Shown here one piece after another: positions 10,072-20,737 of a stretch of DNA of 64,000 nucleotides (its first letter is position 1; the number at the start of each line of letters is the position of its first letter). A program made the translations under genes and the position numbers. The DNA is from Trypanosoma brucei (lineage: Eukaryota). The stretch spans positions 768,001 through 832,000 of the forward strand of contig CP000070.1 in the NCBI GenBank assembly GCA_000002445.1, in the 5' to 3' direction. The notes under the pieces were generated by a model. The model made no database searches and had not been told where the DNA came from. It saw only the letters and a list, made by a program, of their open reading frames with translations.

Positions 10072-11166
10072 GTAGAGATGCTTGCGAAGCCGGCTGAAGG
10101 AAGATGTTTTATCTACACTAGTCTATACTCCTTCGATTTGCAGTTGCGGCGCATGGGGAGGGAGGGTGCGCAACTGAACCGACTGGTTTGCACGTGGCTG
10201 TACTCACCTGTGATGTGACTGTTGGTTTTTATTATTCTTCCTTTTTGTGGTGCAGTTTGTTTTTGGGTCGTTTGCTCCGTCGTGAGTGAAAAAGTAATTA
10301 ACCGCACCCAACGGGCAGGCGCAACCCTGGGGTTCCACAGAGGTGGGGCATTTTAAAAGGGGGGGTGCCACTCCGCGTGAGTGTGTAGACGCAAGGCGTT
10401 TGGCTGACTGTTCAATGTCATCATCGCGCTTGAAAGGTGAGGACGGGGTTGGAGGGGAAAAAAAAAGATTGGAGGTCGGGAGCCTCCTTGTGGAGTGCCC
10501 TCTTCTGATGTTTAAAGGTGTGTGTCGGCGTTACCGAGTGCATATTATGGTGCCCGGTGATTGTGTATGTTTGCATCTCATCCTACCAGCTTCAACTATC
10601 AACCACTGTGTTGCGCGCCTTGTAGTTGTTGACGTGGGGACAACTCATGTGCGCCATCGTGGTCGTGACGTTACCGCCGCATGTTTCTTTTCTTTTTTTC
10701 TTTTATCCTTTCCGGTGACGTACCCGCACGTGACCGATACGATGTTTGAGTGCGTATGCGCGAAGAATTCAACGTGGATACCAGCTGCGGCTCACCTCCA
10801 CGTGGAGTGAAAACGCAGGTAAATAACTTCTTTGTTTATGTGTGGCGGGCCTGGAGGGGGAAGTGGAACAGTGAAGCCACTGAGAAAGAAAAGTGATGTT
10901 TCAGTTGAAAAGAAGGAGGTTGACAAATTACTGGATTCGGAATCGTTCACATCCTCCAGGCACCGGGTTCGCCGCCGCGAATGGACACAAGCCGAAGGTG
11001 AACAGCCTTTCGGAAAGCTAAGTTTAAATCCAACTGTTTGTACGCTCTTTGATGTGAAGATGAAAGAACACTAGACATATACACATGTGTGTATCTTTTT
11101 TCTTGAACTTTTTGTCTCACTCTTTGACAACAAGGAAGAAGGGAAAAAGAAAATAAATCAAGAGTA

Positions 11167-12456
11167 ATGGCAGAGGGAGTACCGGCACCTTCTTCGTCAT
11201 TTGCACAGAAAATGCATCAATTGTTGCAAATCCGTGCGGAGCGACAGCCTCTCGCTGAGGGTTACATGCGCTGTCCACTAAACCCTACACATCAAGTCCC
11301 CATCGCCGCCATAGTAACGCACCTCTCAAAGGCACACCAGCAGGACTCGCTTGACATTGCACCCGATGCGATGTATGGCGTGAACACGCGCTCCAGGCGC
11401 AGTGAATTCCTTAAAGAACAACTTCAGAGGATGCAACCTGTGGATGAAAGTGATCTTAGCGAGAGCGGTTATTCTAATCACCGAAGGAAAAGGTACCGGC
11501 GCAGTTCGAGTCAGTCCTACAGTTCTGACATGGGCTCATCTTCCTCCTGCTGCTCAAATGGAAGGAGCAACGTGTCGCGACAGTCGAACTCCTCTCGAAG
11601 TAGCGGGAAGCATCGCCACTATGAAGAAAGGCCGTACAATAATAGAAGGAGGGAGGAGCAGCCTACGCAACGGTCCTTCCATGGGAATAACACAACAAAC
11701 TGGCACGATCCGTCTAACGTTTTCAAGAGACTCTTGGGTCGTTACCCCTTTGGGGCTTCTATCAACAAACAGCGTCTTACAGAGTTTTTAATCTGTTTTG
11801 GCCCTTTGCAGTCGTTTAATTTTTTGGCGAATGGCACTGAATTTGTGGTGGAATTCGAAAGTTCGGTGGCCGCCTCTAAGTGCTTACAAGCCGCCACGCC
11901 TAACCTTTTGATTGACGATGTTTGTGTGAGAATGTACCCGGTACCGTTACCAAGCCCCGGAGTTGCACCCGAATTTTCTTACGGGGGTGCTGAAATAATG
12001 CGGACCCCTCCACCATGGCCTGATGATGCGGCGCCTCCAACTGTTGTCTCGTCACTTCCAGCGGCGCAGCAGAACCAACCGTGGCCGCCTACTGACATAA
12101 CACCTTCCGTTGCAGTTGGGGTTGGAGCTGGGAGCAAATCAGTTGGTGTCCCTGTGCTGAGTAATGTGGACGACCTTGTAGATGCTTTCACATCAGTCAG
12201 CAGCGCACGGATAACGTCTAACACGGCAATACTTTCGTGTGCTGTGAGGACGACGTGTGGGAAGAATGTCACCACAGAGGACATATGGAAAGAATTGTGG
12301 CACTTTGGTGAGATGAGAAACATTTTATTGGTGGGGCCGCGTGTTGTAGTGGAATTCTCGGATGGCAGGGGTGTGAGGAGGGCAACCCAGGCAATGGAGT
12401 TGGAGCCGGGTAAATTCAAGTTCTGCAGTTTATTGGGCGAGGGTGAAGGCCGGTAG
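11167..12456 (+). CDS. RNA-binding-type protein with N-terminal CHHC-like zinc knuckle, Arg/Ser-rich (RS-like) region and RRM-like folds
   Basis: The N-terminus CPLNPTHQVPIAAIVTHLSKAH fits the U11-48K/TRM13/GTSF1 CHHC zinc-finger pattern (C-P-x-[DN]-x-x-H-x-V-P-x3-[LI]-x2-H-L-x2-C), except that His replaces the final Cys. An RS-like stretch follows (RRKRYRRSSSQSYSSDMGSSSS...SRQSNSSRSSGKHRHYEERPYNNRRRE). After that come two regions with RRM-like beta-alpha-beta character (FVVEFESSVAASKCLQAA; RVVVEFSDGRGVRRATQAME). Confidence 0.6.
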   Translation: MAEGVPAPSSSFAQKMHQLLQIRAERQPLAEGYMRCPLNPTHQVPIAAIVTHLSKAHQQDSLDIAPDAMYGVNTRSRRSEFLKEQLQRMQPVDESDLSESGYSNHRRKRYRRSSSQSYSSDMGSSSSCCSNGRSNVSRQSNSSRSSGKHRHYEERPYNNRRREEQPTQRSFHGNNTTNWHDPSNVFKRLLGRYPFGASINKQRLTEFLICFGPLQSFNFLANGTEFVVEFESSVAASKCLQAATPNLLIDDVCVRMYPVPLPSPGVAPEFSYGGAEIMRTPPPWPDDAAPPTVVSSLPAAQQNQPWPPTDITPSVAVGVGAGSKSVGVPVLSNVDDLVDAFTSVSSARITSNTAILSCAVRTTCGKNVTTEDIWKELWHFGEMRNILLVGPRVVVEFSDGRGVRRATQAMELEPGKFKFCSLLGEGEGR

Positions 12457-13087
12457 GTTTTGCAGGGGCGCGTGCGTTCCGCACTCATTCGGGCGATGCC
12501 CAGTGCGGCACTAATCCCTGTGACGGTGGTCCTCTCAGTAATCACGTTCGCCGAAGCAACGAAGCACGAAAGGCTTTTGTGTGTTGGAGGGCCAAGTTAA
12601 CCTAATGGAAATAATGCGCGTACATCTTATGGTCGACGACGTGTAACTTTTTCGCCAAACCTGCGGACGTGCGGAAGAAGTCGCACACTCCAGCTTAATA
12701 AATGGGGGCAAGGGGATGGGATGAAGATTTTTTTAAAAAAAGAAATGAGCACGGCACGTATACCGTTCCCTCTTTTTTCGTTATTGCCTTCTGTTTTCTC
12801 TTTTCTGCTACACGAAGAGGAGGGAAATGATCTAAGTCGGATGGCACATTAATCTCTTCTATTTATTTCAAGCTTTCTTTTATTTCGCTGCCCCTCTTAA
12901 CGTAACTGTAGGGTTTGGGAAGGCTCTTTCCCGTGGTAGTGGCGGGGGCGAAGTGAACAGCGAAAAAAAAAAGAGGGAAGTGTTACAAGTGAATCAAAGG
13001 GCCAGGTAAAGGGCCCCGCAGGTGACAAAATAGTCACTGTATTTAGGAAGTGCGTCTGCGTTTTTGTTCAAGGTATTCTAAAGCATA

Positions 13088-13106
13088 CATATATATATAT
13101 ATATAT
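13088..13106. repeat. (AT)n microsatellite
   Basis: Direct reading shows catatatatatatatatatat. Confidence 0.85.
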
Positions 13107-13167
13107 TACTAACTCTTTGATTCCTTTCCATTTTCCGGATAGCAATTGCCACATACGCTGAGTCTCG

Positions 13168-16100
13168 ATGTGGAATGAAGTTAGCGCTAGTGAAGTCGAA
13201 GCCCTTCTAGGCGAGTTGAGGGACATTGTCAGCGACCCCGTGGTTATGTCTGTCACAAAAAGTGGAGAGGACAAGCAGCTAATCTCAGAAGAAAAGACGA
13301 AACCCAAAGCCGTGGGGCGTGTGGGTTTCTCAACGTACGCCAGTGTTACGGAGAGTAGACGAACAGTTGTTCCTCTTTATGAGCGACTTCCACCCATCAC
13401 CCCGCCTGTTGTCTGCAGCATACGGGATGAATTAACCATGTCTGGCGCAGACACGTTGCGTAAAGGGTTTCTGCTACTGCCTAACCTCACTGGGGATGGT
13501 GAGGGCATGCCCCAACGGCCGATGTCGCCCAACGAAGTGCGAAGGCTTTTGTGTTGTGCGGAGAGTTCTGCACGAGGCGGTGCAGCGAATAATTCTGCAA
13601 CCTCACCGACTGCGGGGGAGGGGGGTGACGTTAAGGATAGTTACAGGGAACCCAACTTTTTGCCCATCATGTGTGCGAGACATATTTGTCCTGGAGGTAT
13701 TGTACCCCGGGCGCGTTGGGGCCATACTTTAACGGCTGTGCAAGGACACAAGCTCGTGCTATTTGGTGGAATGGACTTAAAGGAAGGTGATACGTCGGAC
13801 CTTTTTGAATATGACGCTCATCACGTCGTGTGGGACCCCGTGTTTGTTGCTGATGGTGTAGGTCCGGCACCCCGTACAAATCATGCTGCGTGTGCCGCTG
13901 AGGACCGCTGGCTGTACGTTAGTGGGGGGACAACTGCCCGTGGAACAATTATCCTCGGTGACATTTATCGCTTTGATACATGGACTCATGAGTGGAAATG
14001 CCTGTGGGAGTACAGAGGCATCGGCACCAGTGCCAGCAATAGCACAAGCAAGAATGAACCCACACCTCGTTTTGGACATTCAATGTTACATCGTGACGGC
14101 CGGTTGTACATTTTCGGTGGACGAGCACTCAAGCGCAATCAGAGTGGGTCACGGGGCGATGCCGTCACGTGCATGGCCTCCACTGATGTTTACGTTTTTT
14201 CGTTGACCAGTGGTAAATGGAAGAAACGCATTCAAGCTGGGAAGGAAAACACAGTGAGTGATGAGGCCAAAGCACCGGGGAGTGCGGGGCCATGTGCCTC
14301 AGAAAGGCAGGAAAGTGAGAATGCCGTTGAACTACCGCCTACGCGCCCCACTGTGCGGTTCCATCATGCGGCGTGTATTATGGATTCCACTATGTTTATT
14401 AACGGAGGTGTTGACGGTGACAGTGTTACATTAGCTGACACATGGGCACTCAATCTCAAGGAAGGGCGATGGATAAGATTGCACGATGGAAGTACAGCGG
14501 ATGCTCATCCACGAGAAAAGCATCATTTATTTGCCTGCGGCGGTTGCTTGCTTGCGGTTGGGGGTTGCAGCGCTAGCGACCGCCGTAGCTTAGTCTCTAG
14601 AAGATGCCGAAACTTTGTTGCGGTACTGGCTCTTGAAAGTGAAAACAAGTTGGGTTCTGTCTCATGGTTCCCACTGGCAATGGGGAACGCGGCGGCAGTG
14701 GTTCCAAACAGAAAATCGTTTGGTGCGGCCTTCAGTGGGGGGTTTGTGCACGTGTTTGGTGGCATCTGCGGATGCGAACCGCCCTCCAATACGATGGTAC
14801 GTTTTCTTGCGGCAGATGGTTACTTTGCGACAGACTCTACAATGGTTCCCTCTTCCTCTGCAGGCAACAAAGAAGGCGCTATTTCCATGATGCGTTCTGT
14901 GCGAGAGAGTGGCGACTTTGTCACGTATGACGCGTATATCCTTCCACGCAGCTGGGATGGTGATGTAGAAGTTGACACTGTGGCCAACAAGCCATTTGGC
15001 GTGCATCGTGCTTTGGTGCAGCAACGGGCTCCAAAGTTTTGGGAGGATGTTCTGCGCTGCCGGACAAGCGTTGCGAAGTCTATCATCTCCCCAATTGCAG
15101 ATGCGTCGTCCCAACTGGTTAATTTTGCATGCAACCCTGGGTTAGCGGAGAGCGGTAACGCCGATAATCCCACTGTGGGCTCTTGTAATCGCGCCGGTTG
15201 TGATGAGGAGCCCAATCAGGCGCATGTCACTGCGTATTACACGGAAGGGAATTCCCGTGTCCAGGGCCTATCAGTCTCTCTCACGGCAAACCAGTTGCAG
15301 TGTTTACTAGATTATATCTATTGGGGGGACATGCACCTCAGTATGCTCGCAGAACTGGATGACGATAACGTGTCTAATAGGGGGAGGGAGGACCTACAGA
15401 AAACCGCAGCTCAGGAAGAAGTCCGAACGGTACAGTCACTTATGCGCGCGGCGGAAGTCTATGAGTTACCCCTTCTCCATGCGCTCTGCAATGCACTCTC
15501 CTCGGGTAACATCAAGGAGCTAAGAGAAGCAAGGGAGAGATGCGGCGAGCAACTTCAGGAGGATCTGTTGCATTTGTTGGAAACCTCCCGTGGGGCTACT
15601 GCAACAGTTCTCTTTGTTGACCCACACACAAAACAGCAGGTATCGTGTTCTCTTCATCCGTTCATTCTGACTGCCTCCAACTCCTTCTTCAAGGACTTAC
15701 TTCGGCCTTTACTCACCGGTGAAAAGATGGCCTTCCAAATGGGATCCGTTTCCGCCAAACTGTGCGCGGCAGGACGGTACGCAGCCTCCAAGTCACGCCG
15801 TGGGATAGTTGTTGGGCCCGTGCCGATGCCATACTTGGCCGTGCAGCCAGTGCTCTGCTTCTTGTACACACGTCAATTGCAAATTCCGCGTGAGTCAGTC
15901 TTTGCCACGATGCTGGGATCTCGTCTTCTGGATGTGGCGCCCCTACAGGCATATTGCGAAACCATTCTTGCGCGGGAGGAGGTGAACTACGACACCGCAT
16001 TACACTTTTTCTCACTGGCGGGGAGGTATCAGGCTCCACTTTTGCAGGAGATCGCCCTACTGACGGCAGTGATGGGCTATGGGGTGATTCGACCCACCAT

Positions 16101-16254
16101 GAGAACGGTTGATTTGTCTGAGGAGGAGGTGAAGGAAATCGCTGCTGTTGCGGAGGAATTGGGAACCGACACGTGGGTACCTCCCCCACAGACATCTACT
16201 GTCGCGAAGACACGTGAGGAGTACCAAGCCCGGTGGGATGCGTCACTGCCGTAA
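13168..16254 (+). CDS. Kelch-repeat / tandem BTB-domain protein (LZTR1-like architecture)
   Basis: The N-terminal half has Kelch-propeller signatures (RARWGHTLTAVQGHKLVLFGGMD; PRTNHAACAAEDRWLYVSGG; PRFGHSMLHRDGRLYIFGG; RFHHAACIMDSTMFINGG; FGAAFSGGFVHVFGG). The C-terminal half has two BTB/POZ-like segments (FGVHRALVQQRAPKFWEDVL...; TVLFVDPHTKQQVSCSLHPFILTASNSFFKDLL...LAVQPVLCFLYTRQLQIP). Confidence 0.7.
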   Translation: MWNEVSASEVEALLGELRDIVSDPVVMSVTKSGEDKQLISEEKTKPKAVGRVGFSTYASVTESRRTVVPLYERLPPITPPVVCSIRDELTMSGADTLRKGFLLLPNLTGDGEGMPQRPMSPNEVRRLLCCAESSARGGAANNSATSPTAGEGGDVKDSYREPNFLPIMCARHICPGGIVPRARWGHTLTAVQGHKLVLFGGMDLKEGDTSDLFEYDAHHVVWDPVFVADGVGPAPRTNHAACAAEDRWLYVSGGTTARGTIILGDIYRFDTWTHEWKCLWEYRGIGTSASNSTSKNEPTPRFGHSMLHRDGRLYIFGGRALKRNQSGSRGDAVTCMASTDVYVFSLTSGKWKKRIQAGKENTVSDEAKAPGSAGPCASERQESENAVELPPTRPTVRFHHAACIMDSTMFINGGVDGDSVTLADTWALNLKEGRWIRLHDGSTADAHPREKHHLFACGGCLLAVGGCSASDRRSLVSRRCRNFVAVLALESENKLGSVSWFPLAMGNAAAVVPNRKSFGAAFSGGFVHVFGGICGCEPPSNTMVRFLAADGYFATDSTMVPSSSAGNKEGAISMMRSVRESGDFVTYDAYILPRSWDGDVEVDTVANKPFGVHRALVQQRAPKFWEDVLRCRTSVAKSIISPIADASSQLVNFACNPGLAESGNADNPTVGSCNRAGCDEEPNQAHVTAYYTEGNSRVQGLSVSLTANQLQCLLDYIYWGDMHLSMLAELDDDNVSNRGREDLQKTAAQEEVRTVQSLMRAAEVYELPLLHALCNALSSGNIKELREARERCGEQLQEDLLHLLETSRGATATVLFVDPHTKQQVSCSLHPFILTASNSFFKDLLRPLLTGEKMAFQMGSVSAKLCAAGRYAASKSRRGIVVGPVPMPYLAVQPVLCFLYTRQLQIPRESVFATMLGSRLLDVAPLQAYCETILAREEVNYDTALHFFSLAGRYQAPLLQEIALLTAVMGYGVIRPTMRTVDLSEEEVKEIAAVAEELGTDTWVPPPQTSTVAKTREEYQARWDASLP

Positions 16255-16844
16255 GGTGTGAGTTGTAATCCCCCCTTTTTTCGTTGTGCAACCATGGATG
16301 CAAGAAGTATTACCCGTTCCTCAGCACCTACAGTTCTACGTACTGTCCTTCACGCAATATTGTGTGATGCCTTCTTTTCTTGTGAAGGGATCGCACTTTA
16401 TTGGTTGGTCTCTCTGAGAGTTGAAATAAAGCAGTTGTTTTGTTGGAGGCTGAAGAGGGAATGCTGGGATTCATCTTTCCTCCCTTGTTACGCGTTGTTC
16501 CTTTATTGTTGTACACTTCTCTGGCGTCATCCTGTACATAATGCAGACAATGTATCTGTGAGTGACTTTCGGCCCTTCCTACCCTTTCTTATCCGTTGCT
16601 TTCAACGGTGTATCGCAGCGTGCGTTTTACATCTCTCTTTTATTCATCGGTTTTTTGTTTGTTTTCTTTTCCGGTCTTTCCACCCTTTTCATCCCCCTCC
16701 ATCGAGTTGTGAACGTGCCCAGATGCGGGGAAGTGTTTTCCGTAGCCAATGGAATGATGGAAACCGTGTCTGAGTACATGTCGCTTGTAGTGCAGTGGCT
16801 AAGGCGGAGCACCGTGTAAGTAATTCCTTGGCTCCCTCTTCGGG

Positions 16845-16846
<2 letters not shown>

Positions 16847-16877
<31 letters not shown>
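16847..16877. repeat. (TA)~15 microsatellite
   Basis: Direct reading shows cttatatatatatatatatatatatatatatatatg. Confidence 0.9.
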
Positions 16878-16880
<3 letters not shown>

Positions 16881-18189
16881 CACATGAATCATATCATATT
16901 TGCACAGTCTTACATGTTAATATATAGTACATGTCATTTCTTTGTGACGTGCACGCTTCAAATACGCTTGATGGACCTTGTGGGTAGTGGAGTTTTCTAA
17001 ATACACATCAAATGATTTTCAACGTTATTACATATTTTGTTGTTTCGGTTTGTTTTACTTTCCTTTTTTTAAAAAATCTCATACTTTAACCGGAACTTTA
17101 TTTACGAAGCAGTGGTTCTGGAACGCGCGGCAAAGTTAAGAGTGAGAAGTGAAGCGCTAGTATATGAATCGGAACGGAGAGAGACGACAGATACAGTTCA
17201 AAGTGAAGGAAATGTAAGTAGGGGGCAGGGAGAAAATTAAAGGAAGTGTGGTCTATTGATAACTGGGGACAAAAGGAAATCGAAAGAGCAAACGATGGGA
17301 AGCAGACAATAAGCGCGGGTACCTGCGTGCTATGAATGACTTGCTTCCCCCCAAAACGTACATATCCTGCTGTCATTTCACTGTCGGTGGGTACTTGGCG
17401 GCTTGACACCGAAAGATGTAAGTTTACCGAGTACGAGAGAAAGAAAGGTTGATTGGCGACAAGAGGATGTAAGAGGAATGGAGAGGAGGAGAAAAGTAGA
17501 GTAAGGGATAAGTGAGAGTGACGAAACCACGTTGAATGATGTCAATGAAGACAGATGTTATCCGCGCTTGTGTTATGAACACGACTGCCCGAAACCCTCG
17601 ATGTGTGTTTTATCCTTTTTTTCTTGTGCATGTATGCCTTGTTTCCCATTCATCCACTTAATAGGGTAAATTTGGCCGTTTATACTTAAAACTATCATTA
17701 AAGTCTGTCCATTTGTTCTCGATATGTTTGTCTATTCGTCACGTCTTTCGGTTACGGAGACCGTCATGTGGTTCTCCCTCAAGTTCCTGACCCCGTTCGC
17801 CACCACCGGCAATACCCCATTTCATACGTGTTGTCAAGACAAAATTCAGATGCTGAGAAATGAAAAAAAAATTCGTTACAGGCGTTTTAGTTTTGGACTC
17901 CTGCGGGTACAAATAGGAAAAAAAGTGAGGTTGAAAATGTCTTTCGGAGGAAAGGTCGTGTAACCGGCACTCCAGCGGCCAGTTTTTTCCCCCTCTTGTT
18001 CGTTTCCCCCCTCCATCCCCCAACATGTACCTGCCTTCATGTGGCATTGTTGTAGCCCTTTTCAATTTGTTCACTCCCCAGCGACGTTCTACATTTTTGT
18101 TTGAGGTCCTGCATCAACTACCCCTCATACATCTGTTCTCTTTTCTCATTGTGCGCATTTGTCTCCTCTGTTGAACTAAGTGCCCAGTT

Positions 18190-20016
18190 ATGACGGGGCC
18201 AACGCGTGCTCTGTTTCTGTCGAGCGGAATCAATTTGGGCCGACTCCGCCTGGCGGAGCAGTTCTCCTCCATGAATGGATGGCAGTCAAAAGAAGATCCC
18301 GCGTTTGACGCTTATGTCAAGGAGCGGAGGCGAAAGGAGAACTACGAGGCCTTTGACCAACGTGTCGAGCGGGGCTACGCCGCCGCCGCGAAGCTGCACA
18401 AAGCAGAGATTCAAAACGCCGTGAAGCGGCGACTGAAGTCGAGTGGAGCGAAGTTTACGGCAGAAACGCTACGTGAGATGAGTAGTGCCGTAACGGAGCG
18501 TCTGGCGTGGTTGCGTGACGTTTGGGCACAAATCGATTCTGATTATCGCAGTGGCGATTCAGCCCGTCAGGAGACGGCTGCACAGGAGATTTCTGCGGCG
18601 TTGCGCGGAGAACCAAACGATCACATGCGATGGGTGTACGAGACGAAGCGAGAATTGCGGTTTGCAGGACCCGTTGGTCGTCGTGCCATCCAAGAAGAAC
18701 TGCAGGCAGCTGAACTACCTGAAGTTTTGGACGAGGAGGTTAACCGCTACCACGATCTGAAACTCAACATGATGGAAATCGAACGTGAGGTGAAAGCCAA
18801 ATATGGTGTGGCTGGCCAGCAGCACTGGGCCGAACTGCAGGCAGCGAAGGATGAAGAGTACATACAGAAGCTAGATGAGGCCGCTGAGGTTTATAAGCAA
18901 CTTCTTGATCAAAGTGCTAGATTGGACGAGTCCCGCCGGTCGGAACTGCAACGGAGTTATGTAGAACGAGTTCACCAGGCACAAGTTCGTTTTAAGGCAG
19001 CCATGGAGCTTGAGGGTCAGCGTGAGCAACTCATTGAGGCTCACCAGGCAATGAAGGAAGAGAGAATGCGTACAGAGCGTGAAAAGAGACGGCAGCTGCT
19101 ACGTGAGGCAGCGGAACTTCGCGCACAAGGAAAGGAGAGCGCGGACGTTCTCACCGCACTGAAGGAACGACAACTCGATGCCAATGCAAAGCGGCAAGCT
19201 GAGTATGAACTGAAAGAATGTGAGGACATCCTCAAACGGAAGTCAGAGATGTTGGACATGATTGCTCACTTTAAGCATGATGTCGAGGAGCGGGAGGGAC
19301 GTGAAATGTTGCAGCGTCAGAAGAGTGATGAGGAGCGTCAGGTCAACGTTTTCGGCTTTTACGAGGAGGTGGGTGTCGAGGACGGACTTTCCATTAGCAG
19401 TGAAGGAACCACTTCCCAGGGTGTCTCCTCTGGCCTTGGCACTGTATCAACTTCTACCTCGTGTGCTAAGAGTGCTGATAGTAACAGCAGCGCACAACCA
19501 TCGCAAAAATTACGGAAGGAAGAACTGTGGAAGGCAATCAACGCCGACACGTACGAGGACCCGTTCCGCACTGTTCACCAGGCTCGTTTAGATGCCGTGA
19601 AAACTTATGATCCCGCGTATGCCCGAACCTTCCCGCTGAACCTTGTCCTCGGTCGCAAGTATTCTAGGCAGGGTGCTGGTGAAATGGCTGCGGGTAATGA
19701 GACAGACAAACAGATTCTGCAGAAAGGAAATAACATTCTCTACAGTTTCCAATGGGGTCTCAACAACGGCACTGTGCACGACCTCGATGCTGACGGAAGC
19801 ACGGATTACTTCATGGATGGCGCATTTCATGTGCGTGATAAAGAAACTGGCGATATTGACTGGCGCTACGAGAAGAAGAGGGGTGGTCCCGTGTTTAGAG
19901 GACCTAAATTTTATCGGCTTGGTGCACAGCGTGAGGCGGCAGACCCGGGTGAGCGGGCCATGGATCCCACTCCATACACTTCTACACCACGGGAACATAA
20001 GTGGCGTAGCAGCTAA
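18190..20016 (+). CDS. Coiled-coil protein (608 aa) with a globular C-terminal region; hypothetical
   Basis: ATG-initiated ORF. The central part, roughly residues 60-390, is charged heptad-like sequence rich in E/K/R/Q/L (e.g. ...EEYIQKLDEAAEVYKQLLDQSARLDESRRSELQRSYVERVHQAQVRFKAAMELEGQREQLIEAHQAMKEERMRTEREKRRQLLREAAELRAQ...). The C-terminal ~180 aa are non-repetitive. Confidence 0.7.
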   Translation: MTGPTRALFLSSGINLGRLRLAEQFSSMNGWQSKEDPAFDAYVKERRRKENYEAFDQRVERGYAAAAKLHKAEIQNAVKRRLKSSGAKFTAETLREMSSAVTERLAWLRDVWAQIDSDYRSGDSARQETAAQEISAALRGEPNDHMRWVYETKRELRFAGPVGRRAIQEELQAAELPEVLDEEVNRYHDLKLNMMEIEREVKAKYGVAGQQHWAELQAAKDEEYIQKLDEAAEVYKQLLDQSARLDESRRSELQRSYVERVHQAQVRFKAAMELEGQREQLIEAHQAMKEERMRTEREKRRQLLREAAELRAQGKESADVLTALKERQLDANAKRQAEYELKECEDILKRKSEMLDMIAHFKHDVEEREGREMLQRQKSDEERQVNVFGFYEEVGVEDGLSISSEGTTSQGVSSGLGTVSTSTSCAKSADSNSSAQPSQKLRKEELWKAINADTYEDPFRTVHQARLDAVKTYDPAYARTFPLNLVLGRKYSRQGAGEMAAGNETDKQILQKGNNILYSFQWGLNNGTVHDLDADGSTDYFMDGAFHVRDKETGDIDWRYEKKRGGPVFRGPKFYRLGAQREAADPGERAMDPTPYTSTPREHKWRSS

Positions 20017-20737
20017 ATGGAGGGGGAATACATGGATGCAACGAAGGAGGAAAACGACTGGCTACGGTGGTTAGGACGTTACGTTGGCACACTCTCTATG
20101 GTTGGCGGCCACAGAGGGAACACCTCCTGTTGTTGGTTTCTAGCTATCACTTTAGCGTAGTGACGGGGAATTGTTTTGCATGTGGTTTCACGTTGTTTAT
20201 GAGTGGAAGTAGTGGAGGGGGAGGGGCGCACTAGCAGGGTTGCCTCATCCTTCCTTCACAAACAAAGAATTCTTGCGTTGGTGCTGATTTTCATCAGGAG
20301 CAGCGTACTCCCCTCTGTATGTGTCCTCCCTTTCTCACAGAGCTCTCTTGTTTGCCTTTTCTGTTCGTTTTCCTACATCAGTAGAGTATTAGGGACGCCA
20401 CACCGCTTCGCCTCCGCTCTCACTGGTCGTACTAGAAGCAAAGCTCATCGTTTAATAACCTCATACAATTCTCCCCTGAAACCCGAGACAACTCCGGAAA
20501 CACAAAGGGGGAAGAGCAGCCCATACATTGTTCTCTACAATTTCAGACAACGTGGCTCGGAGTGGTGATAGCCTAGGTGGTGTCAGCCGCTGCGCCGCTG
20601 CCCCATAACAACGCGGGAGGAAAAGAAAAGCTAACGTGTATACAAAAAGCAAGTAACCGTCTGTGGGAAATTTTCCATATATACATTTGCTTTCAGCTAA
20701 GCATAGGAGCAGTTTCTTGCTGTTTCGCTGCGCCACA

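Noticed and set aside
10343-10810. 155-aa + strand ORF downstream of the (GT)31 tract
   Set aside because: It has no conserved motif and is Cys/Val/His-rich with odd composition. It lies in the spacer where UTRs of the flanking genes are expected.
10832-11074. 80-aa ATG ORF (K-rich) between the transporter and the RS/CHHC gene
   Set aside because: It has no motif and sits in a spacer containing a (GT)31 tract. It is too short to call without transcript or proteomic evidence.
16258-16773. 171-aa + strand ORF immediately after the kelch/BTB stop
   Set aside because: It is Cys/Phe/Leu-rich low-complexity translation of pyrimidine-rich UTR sequence, so it is probably 3'UTR.
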